Below are positions 8,724 to 19,000 of a stretch of 64,000 bases of DNA, in pieces. The position numbers were made by a program, and so were the translations under genes. The first letter of the stretch is position 1. The number at the start of each line of letters is the position of its first letter. A model generated the notes under the pieces. The model was not told the origin of the DNA. It saw only the letters and a list, made by a program, of their open reading frames with translations, and searched no databases. The stretch comes from Clostridia bacterium (GTDB lineage Bacteria > Bacillota > Clostridia > RGIG6154): contig JAZNWH010000131.1 in the NCBI GenBank assembly GCA_045593265.1, positions 9,422 to 73,421 of the forward strand, given 5' to 3'.

Positions 8724-8901
8724 AAATGGCTCAAACGCAGTGTTTGAGCCAAAATAAAGCAGGACTCCGAAGAATCGACAGATTTTTTGGGAAGAAGAGG
8801 AACAGTGAAGCAAGTGATTGATTTTTTGTATAGAAAAACAAAGCAAACGAAACTTATTCCGACGAGGCAGGGGCAGAGCGAAAAGAGTCATATCCACAAT
8901 A
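8724..8901 (+). repeat. ~175-bp dispersed direct repeat, copy 1 (att-site-like)
   Basis: Identical to 36635-36809 apart from a 3-nt indel and one substitution; begins with the hairpin TGGCTCAAAC-GCAGT-GTTTGAGCCA. Confidence 0.9.
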
Positions 8902-8959
8902 ACATGAAAACTATGAGTAATAAGGTATTTGTAGGCATATTTTTCCATTTATTATTCAT

Positions 8960-9059
8960 TATAGAGGATATATCCGGACACACAACATCGCAGATAACCG
9001 AGATGTACTATGTAAAGAAGGACACCTCAAGGCTGAACGGAATCACAGATGGGTTTGAG
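8960..9059 (+). pseudogene. Tyrosine-integrase C-terminal fragment, copy 1
   Basis: Encodes GHTTSQITEMYYVKKDTSRLNGITDGFE (GH...T..Y pattern of tyrosine recombinase C-termini); no upstream integrase sequence; repeated at 10672-10771. Confidence 0.7.
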
Positions 9060-9083
9060 TTATGGAAATATGCGGCAATAAAA

Positions 9084-9116
9084 ATACACCCTGAGAACAG
9101 AATTTTCGGGGTGTAT
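9084..9116. terminator. Hairpin terminator between the integrase fragment and the SGNH gene
   Basis: ATACACCCTGAGAA...TTTTCGGGGTGTAT with A-rich and T-rich flanks. Confidence 0.55.
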
Positions 9117-9152
9117 GATTTTTGTATGCCGTATATCTTCGAAGATGTATGA

Positions 9153-10118
9153 TTAGAGTAATTGTTCTTTAATAATCTTTACAAGATTTTTGCTTACGGT
9201 TTTATGTCCTTTTCTGTCAGGGTGGAGTGGCTCAGGGTTTATCCATCCTGTTGTATTTATGTAGAATACATTGTCGCTGTTTTTACTGTTATATGTGTCT
9301 GTAACCATTTTGATTTCTTCTGCTAAGCAGCCTGAAAAAGGTGTTAATGCTATTATTTGGGATTTTGGGTTTCTTTTTCTTACAAGACACAAAAATTCAA
9401 AATATTTTTTCTTAAATAAATCTTTATCATTTTTTCTGTCATTGGTTCCGTGGTTAATGACAATAATATCTGCATTCTGACTTTCCATTGGAAAACCATC
9501 GCTATAGTATGGGTAAGATTCTTCGGCTGGAGGAACATTTCCTGCTCCGCCTTTGGTTGTACCAAGGCATCCGTAGCCCATAACAACAGGACGGAAATTA
9601 AGGGATTTTGCTGTAAGATATGCATATCCTGCTGTTGAATCGTCCCAATAAACCATATCTCTGCTGTCCTGATAATTTGAATACTTAGTATCTATAGAAA
9701 TACCTTCTGTTATTGAATCACCTATAAATTCTATAACAGGTCTGGTGTCTTTAGGGAGTGGGCAGAATCCTTCGGCTTCTATTGAAACAAGAGAAACTTT
9801 AGCTTCTATAGGATTAAGCCATCTGTTCTGCGTTTCCATAGAGCTTTTCATCGTTACGCAAACTTTGTGTTTTCCTGATTCAGCAGAAATTCTTATAAAT
9901 TTGTCAAGAGTAACTTCAATGTTGGCTCCATTGTCTACATTTATGTAAATATGAGGGTAGGGAATTTGGTTTTCTGATATATCAAATTCGATTACAGCAC
10001 ATTCTCCTTCGTACATAAATTCAAAATAGCTTCCGTTGGCTGTAGATACAGACGCAGCCGTGGTAATGTTCCAGCGGCCTGTATACCTTATTTGGTTGTC
10101 GTCGTGTTTTATAATCAT
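9153..10118 (-). CDS. SGNH/GDSL esterase (CE2-like architecture)
   Basis: N-terminal IRYTGRW beta domain, IEFIGDSITEG, NHGTND, LHPDRKGH. Confidence 0.85.
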   Translation of the reverse strand: MIIKHDDNQIRYTGRWNITTAASVSTANGSYFEFMYEGECAVIEFDISENQIPYPHIYINVDNGANIEVTLDKFIRISAESGKHKVCVTMKSSMETQNRWLNPIEAKVSLVSIEAEGFCPLPKDTRPVIEFIGDSITEGISIDTKYSNYQDSRDMVYWDDSTAGYAYLTAKSLNFRPVVMGYGCLGTTKGGAGNVPPAEESYPYYSDGFPMESQNADIIVINHGTNDRKNDKDLFKKKYFEFLCLVRKRNPKSQIIALTPFSGCLAEEIKMVTDTYNSKNSDNVFYINTTGWINPEPLHPDRKGHKTVSKNLVKIIKEQLL

Positions 10119-10133
10119 AGTTAGACTCCTTAT

Positions 10134-10671
10134 TTATAAATTTTTTCGTATTTGAGATGGTGAAAGACCACATTCATTTTTAAAAACATTTGAAAAATAT
10201 GCAATATCCTCGAAGCCACATTCAAGTGCTATATCGGAGATTGAAAGATTTGTAGTTTCTAGAAGCTTTCGGGCTTCTTCACAACGGAGTTGACGAAGGT
10301 AATCAAAAACAGTGATTTTGGTATGTTCTTTAAAAAGCTTAGAAAAGTAAAATTTACTGAAGCCGGCAGCGGCCGCGACCTCGTCAAGAGTAAGCTTTTC
10401 CTTATAATGTTCTCTTATATATTTTATTCCTTTTTTAATATTTTCGTTAACATATGTATCTTCTTGTACCGGTCTTTGATAGTTTTTGTATAAATAAGCT
10501 ATCAGTGTAAGTGTTGCGGCACGAAGAGAAACCTCGCATTTTTCAAGATATTCCTTTTCAACAGATTCAAAATAATCAAATAAATGTTCATCTTCAATAC
10601 ATTCGCGAAATTCAAATTTCCCGGGTGCGAGTCCCGATTCGCTTAAAAATTCTTTGCTGACTTTAAAACAA
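10134..10671 (-). pseudogene. AraC-family regulator, 5'-truncated at the integrase-fragment repeat
   Basis: Intact double HTH (LTLDEVAAAAGFSKFYFSKLFK...CGFEDIAYFSNVFK); the first ~22 aa of the track ORF are antisense integrase fragment and most of the sensor domain is missing. Confidence 0.65.
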
Positions 10672-10777
10672 TATAGAGGATATATCCGGACATACCACAT
10701 CGCAGATAACTGAGATGTACTATGTAAAGAAAGATACATCAAGATTAAATGGAATCACAGATGGATTCGAGATATAA
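10672..10777 (+). pseudogene. Tyrosine-integrase C-terminal fragment, copy 2 (with stop codon)
   Basis: Same peptide as copy 1, ending GFEI-TAA; 12 nt differences from copy 1, all synonymous. Confidence 0.7.
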
Positions 10778-10815
10778 TTAACGAACACAGGAACTTTACA
10801 AAAAATTCTAAAAAG

Positions 10816-10875
10816 TGAGCCAACCTCAAAAAGTTAGACAAAAATCTAAAGATTGAGAGGTCGGCTTATTATATG
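10816..10875 (+). mobile_element. IS3-family (IS150-like) left-end remnant
   Basis: TGAGCCAACCTCAAAAAGTTAGACAAAAATCTAAAGATTGAGAGGTCGGC resembles the TG-initiated AAAAGTTAGAC left ends of Firmicutes IS3 elements (recognised from memory); no transposase follows. Confidence 0.45.
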
Positions 10876-10905
10876 TTTTAATTCGGAGTTTTTTTATATT
10901 ATCAT

Positions 10906-11730
10906 TTATTTGTGAAGATATCTTTTTCGATATTTTGAAGGAGTTAAACCGATGGACTTTTTAAATATTTTTATATAGTAGTCTGCATTATTGAAGCCTG
11001 AAAGCAGTGCAACGTCCGAAATAGATCTGCTTGAATCTTCAAGATGGGTAATAGAAGCTTCAATGCGTTTTCTGTTGATATATTCTGTAGGTGTAATTTT
11101 CATAAATTCTTTAAAAAGTGTTCTGTAACGGGATTCACTTAATCCTTCTATGTCTGCAAGGTCTTTTATCTTAATATCGAAAGGATATTTTTCATTGATA
11201 TAATTAATTGATTTTGAAAACAGATGCTTGATGTTTGGGGCATGTATATATCTTGAGGTGTCGGCAAGTATTATTGTAAATATAGCACCGGTAACATCGT
11301 TTAAATATTCACCGCCTAAACTAAAAGCTTCAAAAAGTTTTTTAAAATCGTCTACGATTTTGTGATGAATTCCCGGTGTAAAAGGAACATTTACAGGAAT
11401 TTTAAAATGTTCAAGGATGGATTTTGCCTGGTATCCCATAAAATGAAGAGTAAGATAGGTTATGGGAGTTTCCTTATCGGTTATCTGAATATGATATGTA
11501 TTGGGAGGGACGATAAACATATCACCCTCATTCAATCTGTAAGTTTTATCCGTTTTAATAGAGTAAGAGTTTTTTTGTATGTAAAAAAGATGATAGTCAG
11601 TTCTGTTCAGACGGCTTATCCCTTCATATTTTTCGGTGGTTCCTGCACAGGTTATAAGTAATGGTAAATCTGTAGTACAGGTACCCATATAGCTTGCAGG
11701 GTCGGGTATATAATAGTAATGACTTTTCAT
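10906..11730 (-). CDS. AraC-family transcriptional regulator, divergent from surface module A
   Basis: Cupin-like N-terminus and C-terminal HTH (VALLSGFNNADYYIKIFKKSIGLTPSKYR). Confidence 0.9.
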   Translation of the reverse strand: MKSHYYYIPDPASYMGTCTTDLPLLITCAGTTEKYEGISRLNRTDYHLFYIQKNSYSIKTDKTYRLNEGDMFIVPPNTYHIQITDKETPITYLTLHFMGYQAKSILEHFKIPVNVPFTPGIHHKIVDDFKKLFEAFSLGGEYLNDVTGAIFTIILADTSRYIHAPNIKHLFSKSINYINEKYPFDIKIKDLADIEGLSESRYRTLFKEFMKITPTEYINRKRIEASITHLEDSSRSISDVALLSGFNNADYYIKIFKKSIGLTPSKYRKRYLHK

Positions 11731-11887
11731 ATTCTACCTCGCTTTATAAGTATACGGAATTCAACTTAAACGAAATCTACGATTTAATACTACACTATAA
11801 ACCGAATAAATGCAAGAGTAATTCGTTATTTGGCATTATTTACATAATAAATAGTAATCGAAAAGTGCGGTTTTGTTGAATTGTACA

Positions 11888-11916
11888 TTGAAGAGCAGTT
11901 GCAAAAGTGATAATAT
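11888..11916 (+). promoter_or_regulatory. Possible sigma-A promoter of module A
   Basis: TTGAAG-N17-TAATAT with TGn. Confidence 0.35.
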
Positions 11917-11971
11917 GAAAATGCGAAAGCTATAAAGCAAATTATAAATATAGACAAAAAGGAGAGATTGG

Positions 11972-14900
11972 ATGAAGAATAGAGCAAAAAGAGTTATGAG
12001 CCTTTTGATTTTGCTTACGATGATTGTTTCCTGTTTTACGGCAACAACTACTTTTGCGGCTCAAACTTATGGTGTTGACAATTTAAACAGTAAGAAAGGC
12101 GATTTGTATATTGGCTTTCTTGGTGGCTCAATAACTCAAGGATCAGGTGCGACATTGCTTGAAAACAGATATTCATCATTAATAACTAAAGAATTTTTTG
12201 GCAGTAAATTTGCTCCCGGAAAAGTTACGGAAATTAATGCTGCAGTCGGCGGAACAGGCACCGAGTATGGTCATATGAGAATGTATAAAGATTTAAGACT
12301 CGGAACTGAGGAATCTCCCGATGTTGTTTTTGTTGAATTTGCGGTAAACGACAGTTCTGTAAGTACACCATCACGACTTAAGAACATGGAATCAATTGTA
12401 AGACAACTTATTTCGCAACCTAAAATTCCTGCAATTATCTTTGTTTACACATTTTCGAGCGACTCACGATATATTGATGGTGCTGATGCCAAATCTGTAG
12501 AAGGTGCTATAGAGGATTTTCACAAGATAGCTGAAAACTACGGTATTTATGAAATTAACTTAACTGAATATATCGGTAAGGGAATAGAAGAAGGAAAATG
12601 GCTTTGGAATTCTTCGGGTCAGGAAAATAATTTATCTATAGATACGGCACATCCCAACGATTTCGGTTACAGAGTTTATGCAGATTACATTAAAGAATGT
12701 CTTGAAAAGGATTACGATAAAGCTTTTAGTAAGATAGACCCAATGACCAAGCCTTACGGTAATGACCTTTTCGGTGTTATAGAAGAAATATATTTTGGTG
12801 ATGACAGAGTTGTCAAAAGTAAAGAATGGAAACATAAGAAAAGAGTGGAAGGCACTGAAAACCATTTTTACAAAGGATTCTATACAAATCAGGATTCACT
12901 GGATGCAACCTTTGAGTTTGAATTTGAAGGCCGCGGTGTAGGTATCAATGTAACAAGAGATTATAATAATGCATATGTTAACTGGTCAGTAACCAAAAAA
13001 TCAACCGGAGAAGTTGTTGCTTCGTCAACAATAAGATATCCGTCTACCATTCAGCGCAATGATAACGGAATAGGTTTCTTACTTGCAACAGGACTACCAA
13101 AGGATACTTACATATTTAAGTGTACTCTTTCAGAGAGTGAACATGCAATAAACAGAGGCGGAAACGGAAAATATATGGCTATTGCCAATATTGTTGTAGA
13201 AAAGGATTTACATTCAAATCTTCCGGGACCTGACGGAAATGTAATTGCACCTGATGTAGATTCTTCCGGAGAAACAGAGAATATTCCACAGGAAGAAGTG
13301 AAGAATGAAAGTCTTGCAATATCAGGTGATAAAACAATTCTTTATGTAGCAAAGGATGGTAAGGATACCAACAATGGTTCGATAGATTCACCTTTTGCTA
13401 CTCTTGAAAAGGCGAGAGATACAATACGCTCACTTAAAAAGAGTGGTAATCTCGGTGAAGGTGGAGCTGTTGTTTATATAAGAGGCGGAGAATATTTAGT
13501 ACAGAAAGAATTGTTGCTTACTGAAGAGGATTCGGGAGCTGAAAATGCGCCCATTGTTTACAGAAATTATCCTGATGAGAAAGTTGAGTTTATGGGTGCG
13601 GTCGATATGAATACCGAACTGTTTAAACGTGTAACGGATGAAAGCGTATTAAATAAGATTGTCGATACTAAGGCAAGAGATAAGGTAGTGGCAGTTGATT
13701 TATTTGCATTGGGATACACGGAACTTCCTGAGCAGTATTGGCCTGGTGCATATTCCTACATTCAGAATATGCCGTCAATTACAGGTAGAGAAAAGCCGAC
13801 AGCAATAGCATCAGAACTTATTGTAAACGGTCAGGCACAAACAATTGCAAGGTATCCGAATAATGATTATATGTATATTGAATCTGTTATCGAACCGGGT
13901 GCAATGCCGAGAAACTGGAGTAACGATGTAAAAGGAAGCGACGATTATGTTAAGCCCGAGGACAGAGTACCTACACCTTTTACTTTTACGGTAGCTGATG
14001 AAAGAATTAAATACTGGACAGATGCAAAGGATGCACTTCTTTACGGTTATTTCTATTATTCATGGGCAGATCAGACGGTGCCTTTAGCATCAGTTGATGT
14101 TTCAAAGCATGCAATTACTTCAAAATATCCCAGCGTATACACTGTACTTGCAGATCAGTATTTCTACATATACAATTTGTTAGAGGAAATTGATATTCCG
14201 GGTGAATATTTTGTAGACAGAGAGAACGGTATTTTATACCTTTATCCTCCTGAAAGTGGCATCAGTTCAGCAATATATACTACTCTTGAGGATTATATGT
14301 TTAACCTTCAGGGAGCTGAATATATCAGCATAAAGGGTATTGATATGAGCTATATGAGAAGCGGTGCAATTTTCTCAATGGGTGTTAAAGGTGTTGAAAT
14401 CGCGGATTGTGAAATCAGCTATACAGGTTCTAAAGCGGTAACAGTTTCCGGTTATGACAATAAAGTATATGATTGCTATATTCACGATGTTGAAGGCGGT
14501 GTTGTGCTTGATGGCGGCGACAGAAAAAATCTGATTCCCGGTAATAATTATGTTGAAAACTGCGAATTTGAAAATTGTTCAAGAATTTCAAGTACATATA
14601 TGCCTGCCGTAACATTATCAAACATAGGTAACAGGGTAGTTAATAATAAAATCCATGGTTCACCTCATTTGCTTATTCAGTTCAGCGGTAATGACCATAT
14701 TATAGGATATAATGAAATTTACGATGCCTGTCAGCATACCGATGATGCAGGTGCTATGTATGCGGGTAGAGCAGTTTCACAGCAGGGAAACAGAATAATT
14801 AACAATTATTTCCACGATATTGAATCTGAAGAACTCGGTAATAATGGTGTATCGGGATTATATTTAGATGACTACTGGAGTTCCGCAGATATTTCGGGGA

Positions 14901-15859
14901 ATGTATTTGAAAACATTTCAGGTTACGGTGTTGCTTCGAGCGGTAACTTTACTAAGATAAACAACAATATTTTTGTTAATGTTCGTAGTGGTGCAGTTCG
15001 TGCAAAGGGCTCGGATACTTATAATCAATCTGTATCAGAAGTATTGAATGAATTTAATGTTTTGTGGAATGATGAACTTGTAAGATTTGATTGCTACAGT
15101 GATAAATGGATTAAAAAGTATCCTCAGATATTGGAGCTTAAGGACGAAAACGGAAGATTCCGACTTGGTTATAAGATGGAAATTATGAACAATATCCTCT
15201 ATAACTCATCAGACAATGTTGTCGAAAATGATGTAAAACGTGACGGAACGGTTGAAAATAATTTATTAATTACATCTGACCCGGGATTTTACGATGTGGC
15301 AAATAGAAATTATCTTCTAAAGCCGGATTCGGAAATTTATACAAAGATTCCGGATTTCCATCCTATCGCATTTACAAGAATGGGACAGTATTCATCCAGA
15401 GCTATGTCAAGAATCAAAAATGCTTATGTTTTATCAGCAGAAAGTCCATATGTGTTCAATAATGGTGAAAAAATTAAAGGCGATAAGAATGGTATAACTG
15501 TTATTGACGGTAAAGCCTATGTTCCACTTCGTAAAGGCGTTGAAGCTGTTGGCGGAAGCATTCAGTTTGATGAAGCGACAAGTGAGATAAGTATTACTAC
15601 AGATACAAAGCTCGTAAGCTTTACAGATGGTGAAAAGTCAAAGGTAAGCTCAAACGGAACGGAATATACACTTGTAAATCCTATTGTAAATAAGGAATAC
15701 ACAAACTATATAAGTATTACAGACCTTGCAGCTTTATTTGAAAAGCAGTTAACTGAATACGAGGATATATTTGTAATAAGTGATGTTGAAAATCTATTTA
15801 CCAAAACGGTTGACGACGGACTTTTAAGATATATTCAATCACAGCTTACTATATATTAA
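11972..15859 (+). CDS. Secreted multidomain enzyme: SGNH esterase + parallel beta-helix (GH141-like/pectin-lyase fold) + copper-amine-oxidase-N-like stalk domain (module gene A)
   Basis: Signal peptide; GFLGGSITQG, EFAVND, DTAHPN; YVAKDGKDTNNGSIDSPFATLEKA; DDAGAMY, GLYLDD and asparagine-rich repeats; YVPLR..VEAVGG. Confidence 0.75.
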   Translation: MKNRAKRVMSLLILLTMIVSCFTATTTFAAQTYGVDNLNSKKGDLYIGFLGGSITQGSGATLLENRYSSLITKEFFGSKFAPGKVTEINAAVGGTGTEYGHMRMYKDLRLGTEESPDVVFVEFAVNDSSVSTPSRLKNMESIVRQLISQPKIPAIIFVYTFSSDSRYIDGADAKSVEGAIEDFHKIAENYGIYEINLTEYIGKGIEEGKWLWNSSGQENNLSIDTAHPNDFGYRVYADYIKECLEKDYDKAFSKIDPMTKPYGNDLFGVIEEIYFGDDRVVKSKEWKHKKRVEGTENHFYKGFYTNQDSLDATFEFEFEGRGVGINVTRDYNNAYVNWSVTKKSTGEVVASSTIRYPSTIQRNDNGIGFLLATGLPKDTYIFKCTLSESEHAINRGGNGKYMAIANIVVEKDLHSNLPGPDGNVIAPDVDSSGETENIPQEEVKNESLAISGDKTILYVAKDGKDTNNGSIDSPFATLEKARDTIRSLKKSGNLGEGGAVVYIRGGEYLVQKELLLTEEDSGAENAPIVYRNYPDEKVEFMGAVDMNTELFKRVTDESVLNKIVDTKARDKVVAVDLFALGYTELPEQYWPGAYSYIQNMPSITGREKPTAIASELIVNGQAQTIARYPNNDYMYIESVIEPGAMPRNWSNDVKGSDDYVKPEDRVPTPFTFTVADERIKYWTDAKDALLYGYFYYSWADQTVPLASVDVSKHAITSKYPSVYTVLADQYFYIYNLLEEIDIPGEYFVDRENGILYLYPPESGISSAIYTTLEDYMFNLQGAEYISIKGIDMSYMRSGAIFSMGVKGVEIADCEISYTGSKAVTVSGYDNKVYDCYIHDVEGGVVLDGGDRKNLIPGNNYVENCEFENCSRISSTYMPAVTLSNIGNRVVNNKIHGSPHLLIQFSGNDHIIGYNEIYDACQHTDDAGAMYAGRAVSQQGNRIINNYFHDIESEELGNNGVSGLYLDDYWSSADISGNVFENISGYGVASSGNFTKINNNIFVNVRSGAVRAKGSDTYNQSVSEVLNEFNVLWNDELVRFDCYSDKWIKKYPQILELKDENGRFRLGYKMEIMNNILYNSSDNVVENDVKRDGTVENNLLITSDPGFYDVANRNYLLKPDSEIYTKIPDFHPIAFTRMGQYSSRAMSRIKNAYVLSAESPYVFNNGEKIKGDKNGITVIDGKAYVPLRKGVEAVGGSIQFDEATSEISITTDTKLVSFTDGEKSKVSSNGTEYTLVNPIVNKEYTNYISITDLAALFEKQLTEYEDIFVISDVENLFTKTVDDGLLRYIQSQLTIY

Positions 15860-16040
15860 TTGCTTGTATCCGTGTATATTTAATATACACAGTTTACTCA
15901 TAAAACTGCCTTGTTTGTTTTTTAAAAAAATAATATAACATCTCTTTCCAAATTATATGTTTTTTGCAAACAAGGCACCCCCTTTTTAAAAAAACTTTTA
16001 TTTTAAAAGTAATTATATATAAAAGAAAGGATTTGAAATT

Positions 16041-19000
16041 ATGAAAAACATTAAAAAGATAATTGGCATAATTCTTACAATTTGTATGGTTTTGCAAATA
16101 CTTCCCGTTTTTGCAAACGAAACACAAACAAGCGAAGCGGAATTTAATTATATTATCAATGATAATTTTTCCGCTGAAAGCTTTGATGGATGGAGTCTTG
16201 TGAAGGATACAGGGTATAGCTCCCTTGCAGACGATTTGGTTTCTTTGATACCTGTTGAAGGTGAAGAAGGAAACTATGCGCTTAACTATACTTCTGTTGA
16301 CAGCAAAACAGCAAGATATACTCATATTACAAGAACATTTGGTGAATCGGTTGCAATTTCAGGGGATAATGATATTGTAATCGAAACAAGAATGAAAACC
16401 ACAGGTACTAACCGTGCTTTCTTAAAGTATAATCTTGTAACATACCCTAAGTTTGAAAACGAATGGAATTATAACTGGGGAACATTAGTTGGTACTGACG
16501 GAAGTGATGTATTTGTACTAAATGGCTGGAAGGCAAATGAAACAACGCTTTTGTACGGATATCCTACAGAAGTTAAAACCAGTGTAAGTGATTTTGCTGA
16601 TAAATGGCATAATTACAAAATTGTGATTAAAGGCGGCGAAGTTGATACATCAACACATACCGCAGTTGGCAACACAATGGACATTATCGTAACCGATGAT
16701 GACGGAACAATTGTTAAAGAAAGTTACGGTCTTAGTATGGATTTTCCAAATGCTTCAAGCTGGGAAAATGTAAATGATAAAGGAAATGCAAATATAACAG
16801 ATTATAATTGGGTTGAAGATGCATTAAATACTCTGGACTTCAGATTAAGAGATGCAGAAACACTTACTGTTGACTATGTAAGAGTTTACCAGCAGTTTGA
16901 CGCAGATATGTCAGTTGATGAATTTATTCTTAATAATGAAGATGTAGTTATTAATATTGATATTGTAAAAGGTGATGCGTTATTTGAAAATTCTTTCGCT
17001 TTATATGATGCCTACGGTGATATTGTTGATACATTAAACTCTATTGATGAAACAAATAAAGTTGTAACACTTTCACCGATTGACAGTCTTACAGTAGGTG
17101 AAAAATATACAGTTAAGCTTAATAAATCGGTAGTTCCCGGTAACTATAATTTTGTAGAAGATGAAGTAAGCTTCATTGCATCCGATGTAAAATATATACT
17201 TTATGATGAATTCGGACAGGATGATTTAAATGGCTGGGAGCTTGTTAAGGATTCCGGCAAAACAACAAGCAGTACAACTGTACTTACATCACAGGAAATT
17301 CCTGAAGAAGCAGGTAACTATGCACTTGAATATATATCGGCTGCAACTCCTGAGGCAAACTGGAGATATAATCATATAACCAGAAAACTTTCATCATCTG
17401 TTCCTTTTGCAAGTGATAAAGAGCTTGTAATAGAAACAAGAATGAAATCAACAGGTACAGGACGTGTATATTTAAAGTACAATCTTGAAACATATCCATC
17501 TATTGTTAATGAATGGAACTATTGGTGGGGCGCACTTGTAGGTTCGGATACGGACAGATTCTATATTCCGAACGGATGGGAGCCAAAAAACGATGTTTAT
17601 TTGTCAAATCCTGTAAACACTGCATGGGATGAAGATGAAGTGCTGACAGGAACAGGTAATAAATGGTATACATATAAATTTGTAATTCATGGCGGAGAAA
17701 TTAATAACGAAACACATACTGCAACAGGAAACACAATGGATGTTACCATTACAGATAACGATGGTGCGGTTGTCACAGCTTTGAAAAATATGAGCATGGA
17801 TTTCCCGGACAATTCAACGTGGTCTCATTCAGGTTCTGTAAATGCCGAAAATGTAAACTGGGTTGAAGATGCATTAAATTCACTTGATTTCAGACTCAGA
17901 GCCCAAGAAACACTTACTGTTGACTATATAAAGGTTTATGAGCAGATTTCTGCAGATATGAGCGTTGATGCGTTTATTACTCCGAATGAAGAAATAAAAG
18001 TTACTGTTGATATAGAAAATGGTAATTCAGTTTTAAAAGATGCTTTCATATTATATGATGAGAATGATAATGTAATTGAAACATCAAATACAATCGACAG
18101 TACAAATAAGATTGTAACAATTGTGCCTGATGATAACCTTACAATGGGTAAAGAATACACAGTTAAGCTTGACACAACAAAAGTTCCTTCAAACTATGTT
18201 TTTGCAACAACTGAAAAAACTTTTAAAGTATCTGACATAAAGTACATCATGTATGATGAATTTGCAAACAACGATTTTGACGGATGGGAAGCAAAGGTGT
18301 TTAGTTCAAAATCATCTTCAAACACGCTTTCAACCGAGCCATATGAAGAAAATTCTGACAACTATGTACTTAAATACTCATCAGCAGATGCAACAAATTC
18401 CTATTACGGATATTTATCAAAATCAATTAATCCTGTTACATTCCCTACAGAAAAAGACCTTGTAATTGAAACTAAAGTTAAGGATACAAAGGGTTCGGCA
18501 GGTAAGGGTAGATTCTTCATTAAATATAATCTTGACGGCACAGCATATTCTGCAAATGAATGGCAGCACAGCTGGGGTGAATTTATCTGTGTAGATGAAG
18601 GTCTTGTATATGTTAATAATGGCTGGAAAGTACTTGCTTCAGGTTTAAACGGCACTAATTTAAAGTCTACCGGTTTGTCGGTAGCAGGTGATTGGCATAC
18701 ATATAAAATTGTGATTCATGGTGGAGAAACCAAAGACGAGGCAAAGGCAGACTACATTATATACAATTCAAACGGTGTTGAAGTAGCAAGACATGAAGGT
18801 ATAACACTTGATTTTCCGGACAACTCAGATTGGCCTAATGTAGGTACAGACACAGGTTCAACAGGTGCAAATTGGGTTGAAGGTGTTCTTAACTCTGTTG
18901 ATTTCAGATTAAGAAATGCAAATGAACTTTATATTGACTATGTAAAGGTTTATGAAAAGAAAGATGCTTCAGTTTTAGTAGATTGTAAAGATATTTTAGG

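Noticed and set aside
8604-9152. Track ORFs 8604-8948(-), 8787-9152(+) and 36590-36805(-) as genes
   Set aside because: They are translations of the 175-bp repeat and the integrase fragment, with no RBS or coherent domain.
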